A stretch of DNA of 64,000 nt from a virus (IMGVR_UViG_3300028581_000010), one strand, 5' to 3'; shown: positions 1-9,713, counted from the first letter of the stretch. Notes: a model not told the origin generated them from the sequence alone. Translations and numbers: made by a program.

Positions 1-447
1 TGCGCCTACGTCGACGAGCTTGGAGTTGTTCTTGTAGAAGTCGATCGCCTCTTTCTTGTAGTCTTCGTACTTCTCAACGAACTCATCTACAAGGGCGTAG
101 AACTCATTCTTGTATTTCTCCAGCTCCTTATACACTGCAAGGAACATCTTCTTGGATACGAAGTGCGACTGAGGTACCGTAGGCAACCTGTGAGAGTTGC
201 CATATAGGTAGTTGCGCGCCCGTCCCTGAAGGCTCTTGAACTTGTTGTATACTTCCGGCTTGATCAGCATCTTCTTACCTAGCTTGATCACATCCGGAAG
301 CTTGTTGTCCAGCTTGATATCACCCTCTGTGAGGGAGTAACTCATCCCCCACATACCGATGCTGACGCAGACCAGCTTTCCATCCTGGAATAGGCGGTCG
401 TAATACTTCTGTAATGTCTTAGTCGTATCCTGTTGGATATCTATCAT
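1..447 (-). CDS. DUF3150-like protein (runs off the left edge of the window)
   Basis: Hand translation MIDIQQDTTK...VCVSIGMWGMSYSL...KLGKKMLIKPEVYNKFKSLQGRARNYL...; ATG overlaps the ATPase stop (ATGA). Family assignment by resemblance only. Confidence 0.55.
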   Translation of the reverse strand, partial: MIDIQQDTTKTLQKYYDRLFQDGKLVCVSIGMWGMSYSLTEGDIKLDNKLPDVIKLGKKMLIKPEVYNKFKSLQGRARNYLYGNSHRLPTVPQSHFVSKKMFLAVYKELEKYKNEFYALVDEFVEKYEDYKKEAIDFYKNNSKLVDVGA

Positions 448-947
448 GATATGTCTATTTTGAGTTGGCGCATGGTTTCCTCGAAGCTCTCTGCTTGCCC
501 CTCGGTTGTGACCATGACGAGCTTGCCTCTGGCGCGCTTGCGCATGACGTCGAGATCCTCGGCGTGTGAGGCTGCGAATGGAATGAACGACCCCAGCGTA
601 TTGATGATGTGCTCATCTTTAACTTCTTTGCCCTCGGAGAAGGCATTGAACATGGAGTCCTTGAATACTTCCTCGATCTCCGCACCTGTGAAGGTGTCTG
701 TGGAGCGGACGAACTTCTTAATTGAGAAGTCAGCCGGAGAGCGACCATACTTGTTAACGACCACGTCCCAGATCTCCTTGCGGTCCTCGGCAGACGGTAG
801 ATCCATCCAGAACAGCTGGTCGAATCTTCCCTTACGGATTAGCGCCGGAGGCAGGATTGTGTGGTTGTTGGATGTGGCTACGATGAAGGCCGGGTTATTG
901 CGGTCGTTGAGCCAGGTCAGAAATGTACCAAATATACGGGAGCTTAC
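444..947 (-). CDS. Ycf46-like AAA+ ATPase, exon 2
   Basis: Begins VSSRIFGTFLTWL directly after the intron terminal G; contains ATSN, PPALIRKGRFD and FTGAEIE motifs. Confidence 0.9.
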   Translation of the reverse strand, partial: VSSRIFGTFLTWLNDRNNPAFIVATSNNHTILPPALIRKGRFDQLFWMDLPSAEDRKEIWDVVVNKYGRSPADFSIKKFVRSTDTFTGAEIEEVFKDSMFNAFSEGKEVKDEHIINTLGSFIPFAASHAEDLDVMRKRARGKLVMVTTEGQAESFEETMRQLKIDIS

Positions 948-1081
948 CAATTATGTTATCTTGCAGGCTTTTTATCCCACAAATCTGCAGCTTGTATTCG
1001 CTGCAGTTCAGCATATCTTTTCAACCCATAAGGTTGCCGAGGACTCGTGGCTAAGTTATATTCCTTCACAGGGTTCATTAG

Positions 1082-1990
1082 CTATGCGTTGCGCGTGTCC
1101 AGCCTTTTATGTCTAGACTTCCGCTCTGATTCCCGTTGCAGGGTTCCAGATTTTTTCCTCAGTTTTACAACAGGAATCTCTTCCTGAAGCGGCCAATATT
1201 GGCAATAACGTTCAAATTTTCTATCTAACCATACGCGAGCATCCTTATACATAAAGTCCATGACGGCCTTGGCTGCTTTTCTTCCACCTTTTGCATAAGT
1301 TTTTACCGCTCCGCATGTAGCAAGTTTTGTTCTAGTGTAGCCCTCGACATGTTGTTCGAAGACATCTTGAAGCATATTTAGGAATTGTTCCGTTCCAATA
1401 ATTGTAAGTCCTGGAGTCTTAGTTGCTGTATTGTACTTCAAACTACCGTCACCGTCAAAGTAACCTCGAATGAAATGCTTGAGTAACTTTGTTGGAACAA
1501 TTTCTGTGCTTGGAAAAACAACTTTCTCTGATTTAGCTGGTATACAGCCTAGTTTGATAAGTTGGTCGGACAGCCCTCTGTGGCATACCCGGAGTCTGCA
1601 ATACTCTTTATACTCGAATTTACGTTTCTTTTTGCAAAACGTAATTCTAGCATCCGGAGCGATCGCTTTCTTAAACTTTTCCAAGTGGTTAAGATCCTTA
1701 CTGTTAAGCTCTATTGAGATTTGTCCGCCACAATTCGAGCCATCTGCATATAAAAATCCTAACCAGTATGCTTTCTCTTCAGAGTCTATTACATCGAAGA
1801 AGTCTTCTACGTATTTATGTGTGGCGTACGCCGTGCATGTTCGTATAGGAATTCCTCTTGAAGTTATGACTCTAGACACCACATTACTGTCGTGCCTGAA
1901 CTTTTTTGCTATTTTTTTGATAGATAACTTGTCTACGTTGTATGCATGCAAGATCTTTTCTTCGTCTATGTTATTACTGTATTGGTTCAT
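1082..1990 (-). CDS. Intron-encoded double-motif LAGLIDADG homing endonuclease
   Basis: Motifs AYWLGFLYADGS and FIRGYFDGDGS; lies wholly inside the intron. Confidence 0.92.
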   Translation of the reverse strand: MNQYSNNIDEEKILHAYNVDKLSIKKIAKKFRHDSNVVSRVITSRGIPIRTCTAYATHKYVEDFFDVIDSEEKAYWLGFLYADGSNCGGQISIELNSKDLNHLEKFKKAIAPDARITFCKKKRKFEYKEYCRLRVCHRGLSDQLIKLGCIPAKSEKVVFPSTEIVPTKLLKHFIRGYFDGDGSLKYNTATKTPGLTIIGTEQFLNMLQDVFEQHVEGYTRTKLATCGAVKTYAKGGRKAAKAVMDFMYKDARVWLDRKFERYCQYWPLQEEIPVVKLRKKSGTLQRESERKSRHKRLDTRNA

Positions 1991-1996
1991 ACAGCA

Positions 1997-2024
1997 AACA
2001 TAGCAGATCTTACGCGCTTGTCAA
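1997..2024 (-). promoter_or_regulatory. Sigma70-type promoter inside the intron, giving a leaderless endonuclease mRNA
   Basis: TTGACA-N16-TATGTT with an extended TG; ATG lies 6 nt after the -10. Confidence 0.7.
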
Positions 2025-2035
2025 TACTTTTATCA

Positions 2036-3103
2036 ACCGGTGTCTCCCCTGCCCGATGTAGCGTCTGTGCTAAGGCTTTTCTCTACCTCATCCAGCAGAA
2101 TAACGCACTTGCCAATAGACTCGATGGTCTTGATGAGCTCACGCATGTTGCGCTCGGAGTCACCTACGAGGGACCCGAAGACCTTGCCGATGTCCAGATA
2201 GAACAGCGGGCAGTCGAACTCTTTGGCAATTGCTTTAGCCAACAGCGTCTTACCTGTGCCCGGAACCGAGGCGAGCAGAATGCCCTTCGGTAGAGGTAGC
2301 TTGTAGGCTCGGGCTGCTTTCGAGAATGCTTTCTTACGGGACTCGATCCATTTCTTGAGCCCGCTGAGCCCTCCAACCTGCTTGAAGCTGACGTCTGTCT
2401 CGATGTAGTCCAGCAGTTCTGTCTTCTTGAGCTGTGCGATCTTCTCTGTAAACACTGATGCAACAAACTTGTTGTCGAAGGCCATGTTCTCTACGTAGGC
2501 CATACTGAAGGCGTTCTCTACCTCAACGTGGGTCATGCCCTTGGCGGCCTCCACGGCAGCCTCGCGCACCTCGTTTGTGATGACCAGCTTGTCTTTCTTG
2601 GCGTCTTCCTTGGCTTTATTGACCGACTCCAGAATGAAGTTGAGCCGCTCGTTGATGGCCTCCTCAGTGGGAAGCGCGTAGTCTACGAGCTGTATCTCCT
2701 TCTCGAGCTCGGGAGGTATCGCAAACGTATGGCCAACGAATATGACCATGTTGCTGCGCGCCTTGAGGTTGTTCCAGGCGTTTCTGAACAGCCGAGTGAT
2801 GATAGGCTTGTCGAAGTGCTTGTGAAAGTCCTTCAGAATGAACACACAGTCCGTAGCCTTGTAGCTCTGGAGGTAGCGCAGCAGGTCCGCTGGCACGATA
2901 GTCTCCTCAGGATGCTCGTCGCGGGCACCCTCTGAAATCTCTTGTAGTCCTGTCTGGCAGTCCCATTCATGTATGCGCAGTTGTTTATCCTGCTTCATGA
3001 GGGAGATGATGTCCAGTCGAGCCCGCTGCTCTTCATGCGTCATTACCCATACGGCGGAATATGATGCATTCTTGTAGTTCTTAATCTTTGTTACGAAGTC
3101 CAT
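2036..3103 (-). CDS. Ycf46-like AAA+ ATPase, exon 1
   Basis: FILKDFH N-domain, Walker A SVPGTGKT, Walker B ILLDEVEK; spliced product is 523 aa. Confidence 0.9.
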
Positions 3104-3548
3104 TAGAGGTGTTGATGATTGATTTGTTACGTTTTATGTTCTCGCAGATATCCGCATTCTGGACGTTAAAGAAACCCAGCATGTCTGATATGACTGCATT
3201 GACTAGCGGCACGTTTTTCTGACGTGCCAGTTTGCGATAGTATGCTACTTCGCTTGCGTACATCCACTTGATAAGCCACAGCGCTGCTGCGTATAGTGGG
3301 TGCTTGGCCAAGGTTTTATCCGGAATCCCGGTTTCTTCAACCGGGAGTTCCAGATCCTTTAGTTCTTCCGCAAACGCTGTTGCGGTTGATAGCCGTCTAC
3401 TGAGCGCCTTGTCCAGGAGCGGCGTTGTCAGTTTTGCCTTAGCGACTCTCTTCTTCGGAGTCTTCTTGATACCTGGCTCAGGCTTTTTCTTGGCCTGGCG
3501 CTTCTTCCGTTCTTTCGAGGTTACTCGTTTTGACGACTTTTCTGTCAT
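3081..3548 (-). CDS. Hypothetical protein with a basic N-terminus
   Basis: 155-aa ORF packed against the ATPase gene. Confidence 0.6.
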   Translation of the reverse strand: MTEKSSKRVTSKERKKRQAKKKPEPGIKKTPKKRVAKAKLTTPLLDKALSRRLSTATAFAEELKDLELPVEETGIPDKTLAKHPLYAAALWLIKWMYASEVAYYRKLARQKNVPLVNAVISDMLGFFNVQNADICENIKRNKSIINTSNGLRNKD

Positions 3549-3853
3549 GTGACTTGCTGACCTGCGTATAGTATTTGTCCTGCAGCTCGTGAGCTGGGAC
3601 GCGGCTATACCGTCTGTTTGAATCTCGCACGACGTAATACTTGACAGTGTTTTCCATAAACCTATTGTAACAGGTCCACAGAAGAGTTCAAATATTATGT
3701 CCTACGAGCTTATAGGTTTGTGAATACTTTGAGCTCCGCCCGCTTTTTCTTCTTGCGTTTGGGCTTAGGATGTAAAATAATGGTGTAGGCTTTAAATGAA
3801 TCACTTACGTAAGTCAGAATTGATTCCGCCACCATGTCCTTAGTTACTAATAT

Positions 3854-5557
3854 ATGTTTGACCATGCTGATATTGAAAAGGCTGCAGCCCAGCTGTTTTC
3901 AAAGAAAACTGCCAAAGCTACATTCCTGGCGCGGCAGCTGATGTTGTCTACGCTGCCTGCGTCGTATTTTGTTGAGAATTATTTGTATGACAACGAGGGG
4001 CGTCTCCAGAGTCTGGAAGCGTTCCCTATGCTGAAGCAGGTTTATGACAACATGCCCCAGAAGTTGGTGCTGAAGTGCAGTCGTAAAACACTTAAGTCTA
4101 CGCTGATCAGCAATTTGATTTGTCTCAATTTGGTCAGATGGAACTATTATAAAATGATGTACGTGGGCCCCCAGGAGCTTACTGTGAAATATTTCTCGAG
4201 TAACTATTTACCCCCACGATTTGAAAGCCCGCGAGTCAAGAGACTGCTGGTTCAAGGGTGGGAAAAGAATGATGTCTTTGAAAAGATTCTCGGCGATACT
4301 AGGAGCAGCGTACTTTTTAGATACGTGAAAGATGATGCGACACGAACTCGTGGCCCCGCCATTGACTGTGTTGTGTACGATGAGGTTCAGGACATATTCT
4401 ATGACCAGATACAGATCGTACAGGAAACCATGGCGATGTCTCCGTTTAAACGTGAAATATTTGCAGGTACTCCGCTCGATACTACTAACACACTCACAAG
4501 GATCTGGAAACAGTCCAATCAGCTTGAGTGGATGATGCGGTGCAGTTGCAAACACTGGAACTCCCTCACCGAGGGAAATGAGCCGCTGCTGATGATTCAG
4601 CCCCACGGGCTTAGCTGCTCTAAATGTCTAAAGAAATTGAACTCCAGAGAGGGTGAGTGGGTTGCCACCAACCCCTCGGGCCACCTTCTGACAGGCTACC
4701 ATTTGGCACAGCCTATTCTACCACACTACAATGAGAGTGAGAAGGAATGGAAGGAAATCTACGATAAGGTGCATAGCGGTAGCAAGGATCTCAAGACAAT
4801 CATGAATGAGACCTTCGGGTTGACCTACGACATAGGCACCAAGCCGATTACCGAAGAAGAATTGCGCAAGCTATGTGTGCTTGGGCCTGTAGAGACCGGC
4901 ACAGACAAGCTTGCCATATGGACCAAGAACAAATCTAAATATAAGATCTACACTCTTGGTGTCGACTGGGGCGTATCTATGCACCAGTCAAGAACTGTCG
5001 TAACGGCAGGGGCGTTGCGCAATGACGGCGTCTACGAGGTCTACTTCTCTAAAATTTTCAAGGGATTTGATCATGAGGCGCATATTAAACAGATAGCTGA
5101 GTTGGCCAACAAGACAAAGTCTTATTGTGTTGCTGACTCGGGTCCCGACCCTATTCGGGGCATTAGTTTGTGCGAGCAGACCAGTCCGACAAGGTCTCAG
5201 CTCGCAGCGTATCGCAGGTCCAAGGTGATTCAATACACGGACCTGGGTGATTATGACTGGAGGCAGAACCGCTGGGTGCTGCACAGGTCGGACGTAATCT
5301 CTCTGGTTATGCGGCAACTTAAAGCCGGCAAGATTATCTTTCCTCAGTGGGACGACATGTCTGAATACATGCAGGACGTCCTCAACATCTATATCGAGGT
5401 CAAGGATGGCCTGTATGGGCAGGAACTAGTGTATGACCATCACGCCAAGCAGCCAGACGACGCTATGCACAGTCTTGTGTTCGCAGTCTGTGCGGCTTAT
5501 ATGGCTGCTGGTGATGCCTGCCTACTAGGGTCCAGCTCGTCCGCCAAGGAATTCTAA
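3854..5557 (+). CDS. terL: Terminase large subunit (GpA-like)
   Basis: ATPase region LVLKCSRKTLKST ... TRTRG ... VVYDEVQD, Zn-ribbon (CSCKHW...CSKC), nuclease motifs LGVDWG and PDDAMHS. Confidence 0.85.
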   Translation: MFDHADIEKAAAQLFSKKTAKATFLARQLMLSTLPASYFVENYLYDNEGRLQSLEAFPMLKQVYDNMPQKLVLKCSRKTLKSTLISNLICLNLVRWNYYKMMYVGPQELTVKYFSSNYLPPRFESPRVKRLLVQGWEKNDVFEKILGDTRSSVLFRYVKDDATRTRGPAIDCVVYDEVQDIFYDQIQIVQETMAMSPFKREIFAGTPLDTTNTLTRIWKQSNQLEWMMRCSCKHWNSLTEGNEPLLMIQPHGLSCSKCLKKLNSREGEWVATNPSGHLLTGYHLAQPILPHYNESEKEWKEIYDKVHSGSKDLKTIMNETFGLTYDIGTKPITEEELRKLCVLGPVETGTDKLAIWTKNKSKYKIYTLGVDWGVSMHQSRTVVTAGALRNDGVYEVYFSKIFKGFDHEAHIKQIAELANKTKSYCVADSGPDPIRGISLCEQTSPTRSQLAAYRRSKVIQYTDLGDYDWRQNRWVLHRSDVISLVMRQLKAGKIIFPQWDDMSEYMQDVLNIYIEVKDGLYGQELVYDHHAKQPDDAMHSLVFAVCAAYMAAGDACLLGSSSSAKEF

Positions 5558-5874
5558 TCCGCCACCAGAGGGGGATAGAGCAACAGACCGGCGGTCTCGT
5601 GCTGCCTTATCAGCTCCGCTACTTCTTTCGCGGATAGTATTCTATGTGGAGCTACCGAGGAGAAGAACACTCCGGCGCAGTGGCACAGTGTGCGTTTTAG
5701 GTAGGAGCGTGCTGTGGCCGCGGAGGTCCACGTCATTTCTCCTTTTTTACCGTAGACACGGATGCCTAACCACACTATGCCAACGCGCTTCTTATCCGTG
5801 GCGTTGTTCTGCTGGAGCTCCTTTACAAGCATTGCCAGCCTGTCCACCAACTTTTGCGAGATGTAGTCTTCCAT
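5554..5874 (-). CDS. Hypothetical protein, paralogue of 5876-6184
   Basis: Shares WLG.R...G...W and HE.AGLLLY with its neighbour. Confidence 0.7.
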   Translation of the reverse strand: MEDYISQKLVDRLAMLVKELQQNNATDKKRVGIVWLGIRVYGKKGEMTWTSAATARSYLKRTLCHCAGVFFSSVAPHRILSAKEVAELIRQHETAGLLLYPPLVAD

Positions 5875-5875
5875 A

Positions 5876-6184
5876 CTAAGGGTTGAGCTCTATGTACAGC
5901 AGCAGCCCAGCCGCCTCGTGGGCGTTCATAAGCTCACGGATATCGGACCGACGCAGTCGTCTAGGCGGCATCTGCTGCGGGTCCAATAGGCTGCGGTGCA
6001 GTAACGTCTTTACAATAGCCTCTTTAGCCCTGCCTATATGCGACCAGAAGCACTGTCCTGAGCCGCTAACGAACCTGTGCCCCAACCAAATCACCTGATA
6101 ACATTTGGCTAGAGGAGTAGGCAGAGTCTCCAGTATGCGTGCTACACTATACGTATAGCCTGGTGCGAGATAATCTTCAGCCAT
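5876..6184 (-). CDS. Hypothetical protein, paralogue of 5554-5874
   Basis: Shares WLG.R...G...W and HE.AGLLLY with its neighbour. Confidence 0.7.
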   Translation of the reverse strand: MAEDYLAPGYTYSVARILETLPTPLAKCYQVIWLGHRFVSGSGQCFWSHIGRAKEAIVKTLLHRSLLDPQQMPPRRLRRSDIRELMNAHEAAGLLLYIELNP

Positions 6185-6186
6185 GA

Positions 6187-7359
6187 CTATGCCTTTCCAA
6201 AGCCCACGATTACCTTGTCCTCGTTCTGAATGCCGTGTTTGGGAGCATCCAGGTTATAGATCTCTGCCAGAGACATTGGGTCAGTGGCGGTGAACTGCTT
6301 GCCGAGGTGGTCGATCAACTTCTGGGCGTTCTCCTTGGAGAGTAGCTCGAACTCATGGCTGGCTTTGAGCCGACCCTGGCGCAGAAGCGCAGCGTCTATC
6401 TTCTCTCTGTCGGTGTTGAAGGTGGCTATTACAGATACCCCCAATGCCGAGCCTATAAAGCCGTCTGTGAGGTTTAGCACAGCCGACACTAGGGACGAGT
6501 TACCCTGGTCGTGATTACGGGCAAGGAGAGCCTTTTCCGCGTCTTCAATGACTAGTATGAGCCCCTTGTTGCCCATCAGCAACGGAAGCATCTCTGGGCT
6601 TGTCAGCGAATCGATCAGCCCTACTGGAACGTAGGCGATCTTGCGCTTGATATCACCGTTGAGGAGCTTCCTTATATAGGTGCTCTTGCCTGTGCCTGGT
6701 GCCCCGTAGAACAGATACAACCCGGAGTTGATCTTGTTGAGGCAGTCCACGATGTATTCGTCTTTCTCAACGAAGTCCTCACCGTAGTTCAGGGCGATAT
6801 CCAGCCCCTCCGTGCCTTGCATATCAATAGGCTGCAGCACCAACTCACCGTAGCTCTGCACGAGCATATACAGCAAGTTAGGCTTCTCCACGATGCGCCC
6901 ACCTACAAGGTCGATCAGCGTCGTCATGTCGAAGTTGAGCGGCACTGCGAAGTGTATGTTGGTATCGAAGTTACCCATATCCAGGTCGACCTCTTGGCTG
7001 GGAGGTAGCTCAGGAGCGTCCTCTTCCCCATAGAAGGCCGCCATACCTGCTTGAAAGCCTGTGCGGCTCTCCAGGTGTACACCAAGAATGCAGCGCTCGA
7101 AGGGTGTTCCCTCCTTGCCGACATACATGCCTTGGTCGATATAGATGTTTTCTACCTTTGTCACCTTTCTACCACATCCTCCATATATGGCAGAGACTAA
7201 CTCGAAGTGCGGAAGAAGCTTCTCCAGCACGTTCGTTTCTCGCCCAGGAAACCGGATCGTCTTGGGCAGTTCACCGAATAGTTTGTTAAAGAGGAAGTCG
7301 GGCGATACATGTCGTAACGCAGCTGCATTTTCGATACAATTTGCTAGGTTATAGCCCAT
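6187..7359 (-). CDS. AAA+ ATPase
   Basis: Walker A YGAPGTGKS, Walker B LVIEDAE, arginine finger ALLRQGRL. Confidence 0.85.
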   Translation of the reverse strand: MGYNLANCIENAAALRHVSPDFLFNKLFGELPKTIRFPGRETNVLEKLLPHFELVSAIYGGCGRKVTKVENIYIDQGMYVGKEGTPFERCILGVHLESRTGFQAGMAAFYGEEDAPELPPSQEVDLDMGNFDTNIHFAVPLNFDMTTLIDLVGGRIVEKPNLLYMLVQSYGELVLQPIDMQGTEGLDIALNYGEDFVEKDEYIVDCLNKINSGLYLFYGAPGTGKSTYIRKLLNGDIKRKIAYVPVGLIDSLTSPEMLPLLMGNKGLILVIEDAEKALLARNHDQGNSSLVSAVLNLTDGFIGSALGVSVIATFNTDREKIDAALLRQGRLKASHEFELLSKENAQKLIDHLGKQFTATDPMSLAEIYNLDAPKHGIQNEDKVIVGFGKA

Positions 7360-7913
7360 TAGTCTATTTTGTCTAAGTATTGTTTAACATGTTCAACACG
7401 AGCAGCAAAGAGCTCATTCAAGCTCGCGTTCTTCTCGTCGTTGTTGCACTCCACCTTCTCAGCCACGGCTGGAAGAATGGCATCCGGACACATGTCCGGC
7501 GGAGCACTGAAGCCGTAATCATAGAACAGCCGGCCTGCATATGCGCGCACCTCGGGAGAGAATTCTATCTTCTCGTGGCGTGTGAGATATGCGTCAGCCA
7601 TTCCAGAGACCATTTCCTCTACCTCCAGCGGCTCCAACGCATCAAACGTGGCGTGCTTGCCGTTGAAGAGATGCGTCATTGTTTCAAACGCATTAGGATT
7701 GTTCTCGTATTTGTCTGTCGTGAGCAGCAGTATCGCGGCCTGTATGCGGTCGGATTGCTGCTCTGTGAGCTCCATGTCGAACTCTTCGTTTAGTTGAAAG
7801 CGCAACATCTCGGGCTCCCAGTGGTAGCTTTCTACGCCGAGTTGGTGTGTCACCACCAGCAAAAGAGCCACGATTGGAGCGGATTGATCTTCTAGTACTT
7901 GTTTGTAGGTCAT
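7359..7913 (-). CDS. Hypothetical protein
   Basis: 184-aa ORF, translationally coupled in the operon. Confidence 0.7.
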   Translation of the reverse strand: MTYKQVLEDQSAPIVALLLVVTHQLGVESYHWEPEMLRFQLNEEFDMELTEQQSDRIQAAILLLTTDKYENNPNAFETMTHLFNGKHATFDALEPLEVEEMVSGMADAYLTRHEKIEFSPEVRAYAGRLFYDYGFSAPPDMCPDAILPAVAEKVECNNDEKNASLNELFAARVEHVKQYLDKID

Positions 7914-7914
7914 G

Positions 7915-8520
7915 TTATTTCTTTGCGTAAGTTAGGTTTTTTACTACCTCGTACACGTCCAATGCTATGGCGTGTATTGTGGGCATGGCGAAGAGAGGTA
8001 TTGAGACGCTCGAGTATTTACCCTCCTCTGCCAGAATAGGTTCGGAGGTAACCGCCGAAGGATACCAGTCTGTCTGATAGCAGGCGTATCTGCCTACGCT
8101 TGGTTTGTTGCCGTCTCTCGGTAAGCGCAGCTCCAGTACACACCGCATATTTTGTTGCGGGCGTAGATGGTTGTGCTCGTCTTGAGCCTTAGCAAGATAG
8201 GCCTCCGCTTGCTTTCTGTGCTTATCCGGAGCTTTATCGTTGGCCACTGTTTCCTCGGCCGCTTTGACACGGGCTATCCAAGCGCGCTCCATATCCTCTG
8301 GCGACTGTTGGCCTAACACGGAGATGACGGGGCATATATGCTTGCCGTCCTCGATCTTTGCATGCACCTGAGCGATGATGCTTACGCCGGGATTTTTCTC
8401 CCACATCTGGTGCGGGCCCCATGAGTAGTTATCCCTAACGATAGGGTACACCACATTCTGCTTCTTTGCGATTTGTTCGATGGCTGTTGAATGCAGCCAG
8501 CATATGCTATAGTTTTCCAT
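7915..8520 (-). CDS. Hypothetical protein
   Basis: 201-aa ORF in the operon. Confidence 0.65.
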   Translation of the reverse strand: MENYSICWLHSTAIEQIAKKQNVVYPIVRDNYSWGPHQMWEKNPGVSIIAQVHAKIEDGKHICPVISVLGQQSPEDMERAWIARVKAAEETVANDKAPDKHRKQAEAYLAKAQDEHNHLRPQQNMRCVLELRLPRDGNKPSVGRYACYQTDWYPSAVTSEPILAEEGKYSSVSIPLFAMPTIHAIALDVYEVVKNLTYAKK

Positions 8521-9211
8521 TGTTGTTTGTAATCATCTCCAGATACTCGATGGTGGGCGCAAGAATATTACGCAGATACGTAATGTCTTCCTGAGTCACC
8601 TCCGTGCAATCTATCTTAGTTATTCCCTTGCCAGGTGTTAGTCCTGTGGGAAGATACGGGCGTACGCGAAAAATAGCTCCGTTTCCTGTATATTTGTGCA
8701 TGAGCACAGCAGCCGGACAGTAACGCACCCAGGCAAGGTTATACATGGCTTTCGCAGCAAAGCTGGCTATTGCTCGGTCGAATACATCGTTGTAATAACG
8801 ATCACCAGCTTCCGCCGCGGCATCTCTACGGTCTCCTATGAGTTTCAGCTGTGCGTCTATGCGCTCAACTTGCTCTGCTTGAGAAGGTAGAAACAAGGCC
8901 TGTGCGGACATAGTCGCGGTGTGTAACTGCCCTGACAACGTGACGCATACAAGTAGCTCCAAGCCTGCTTGCGCGGCATATTGAGCCTTAGCGGACAGTG
9001 TGTACTTCGAGGACAGATAGTTCTCAGCGTTGACACCCGCCACACCCATACTCTTCATGGGTACAACCATCTGATGTGGTATGAAATTATTAGCTTTGAC
9101 AAGCTTCTTAACTAAAGGAGTCTCTGCGTAGTATAGTAGGCTGTTCATAAAAGAAAACCCACCATTGCGGTGGGTGTTGTTGAAATGGAGGCGTCCGTGG
9201 CTTGCGAGCAC
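8507..9211 (-). CDS. Hypothetical protein (start may be the later MNSLLYY)
   Basis: Long ORF overlapping the next gene start. Confidence 0.6.
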   Translation of the reverse strand: MLASHGRLHFNNTHRNGGFSFMNSLLYYAETPLVKKLVKANNFIPHQMVVPMKSMGVAGVNAENYLSSKYTLSAKAQYAAQAGLELLVCVTLSGQLHTATMSAQALFLPSQAEQVERIDAQLKLIGDRRDAAAEAGDRYYNDVFDRAIASFAAKAMYNLAWVRYCPAAVLMHKYTGNGAIFRVRPYLPTGLTPGKGITKIDCTEVTQEDITYLRNILAPTIEYLEMITNNNGKL

Positions 9212-9282
9212 ACAACTCCAACCGCAAAGTTGGTATTTTTCCTTAAACTATCGCGCCATGTTGAGATTAATTTGGTTCAAGC

Positions 9283-9311
9283 TTTACAGAGAGTCGAACT
9301 CCTGTTAAATT
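9283..9311 (+). promoter_or_regulatory. Sigma70-type promoter, leaderless, for the HNH gene
   Basis: TTTACA-N17-TAAATT; ATG lies 6 nt downstream. Confidence 0.65.
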
Positions 9312-9317
9312 GTTGAA

Positions 9318-9710
9318 ATGGACACATTACAACAAAAAATAACGCTCTTGCGTAAGGCAGGTAAGTCTTATAATGCAATAAGCGCGGAGCTAGGCTGCAG
9401 TAAGGGGACAGTATCCTATCATGTCGGCAAAGATGTTAAGCCTAAGCAGTACCGACGGATGCAGGAGCGTAGGGTATCGAACATAACAAAAGTAAAGCAA
9501 GCGCATGGAGGGAAATGTAGTGTTTGCGGCTACGCGCGTTGTCTAGCTGCCTTAGATTTCCACCACATAGATCCTTCTGTCAAAAAACATGAAGTGAGCT
9601 ACTCTCGGTATAGCGTCGAAAGGATGGCTACCGAGGCAGCTAAATGCGTACTGTTGTGCTCCAACTGTCACAGAGAGCTACACGCTGGGTTTATAGCATT
9701 ACCCAAATAA
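9318..9710 (+). CDS. Free-standing HNH endonuclease with an N-terminal HTH
   Basis: CSVCGY...LDFHHIDP...CVLLCSNCHRELH. Confidence 0.88.
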   Translation: MDTLQQKITLLRKAGKSYNAISAELGCSKGTVSYHVGKDVKPKQYRRMQERRVSNITKVKQAHGGKCSVCGYARCLAALDFHHIDPSVKKHEVSYSRYSVERMATEAAKCVLLCSNCHRELHAGFIALPK

Positions 9711-9713
9711 GGT

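Larger units (their letters stand above)
948..2035 (-). ncRNA. Group I intron (1088 nt, with a P7.1 extension)
   Basis: 5' exon ends in U (GGT) and intron ends in G. Pairings read by hand: P3 CTGAGGA/TCCTCGG, P4 TCTG/CAGA, P6 GCG/CGC, P7 GCATA/TATGC, P7.1 GCTAA/TTAGC, P8 CAACC/GGTTG, P9 CTGCAGC/GCTGCAG. Removal restores an in-frame GDTG-VSSR. Confidence 0.92.

Noticed and set aside
433-1116. 227-aa plus-strand ORF and the many other antisense ORFs in the track (for example 46125-46913)
   Set aside because: They are shadows of well-supported minus-strand genes, with no motifs or initiation signals.
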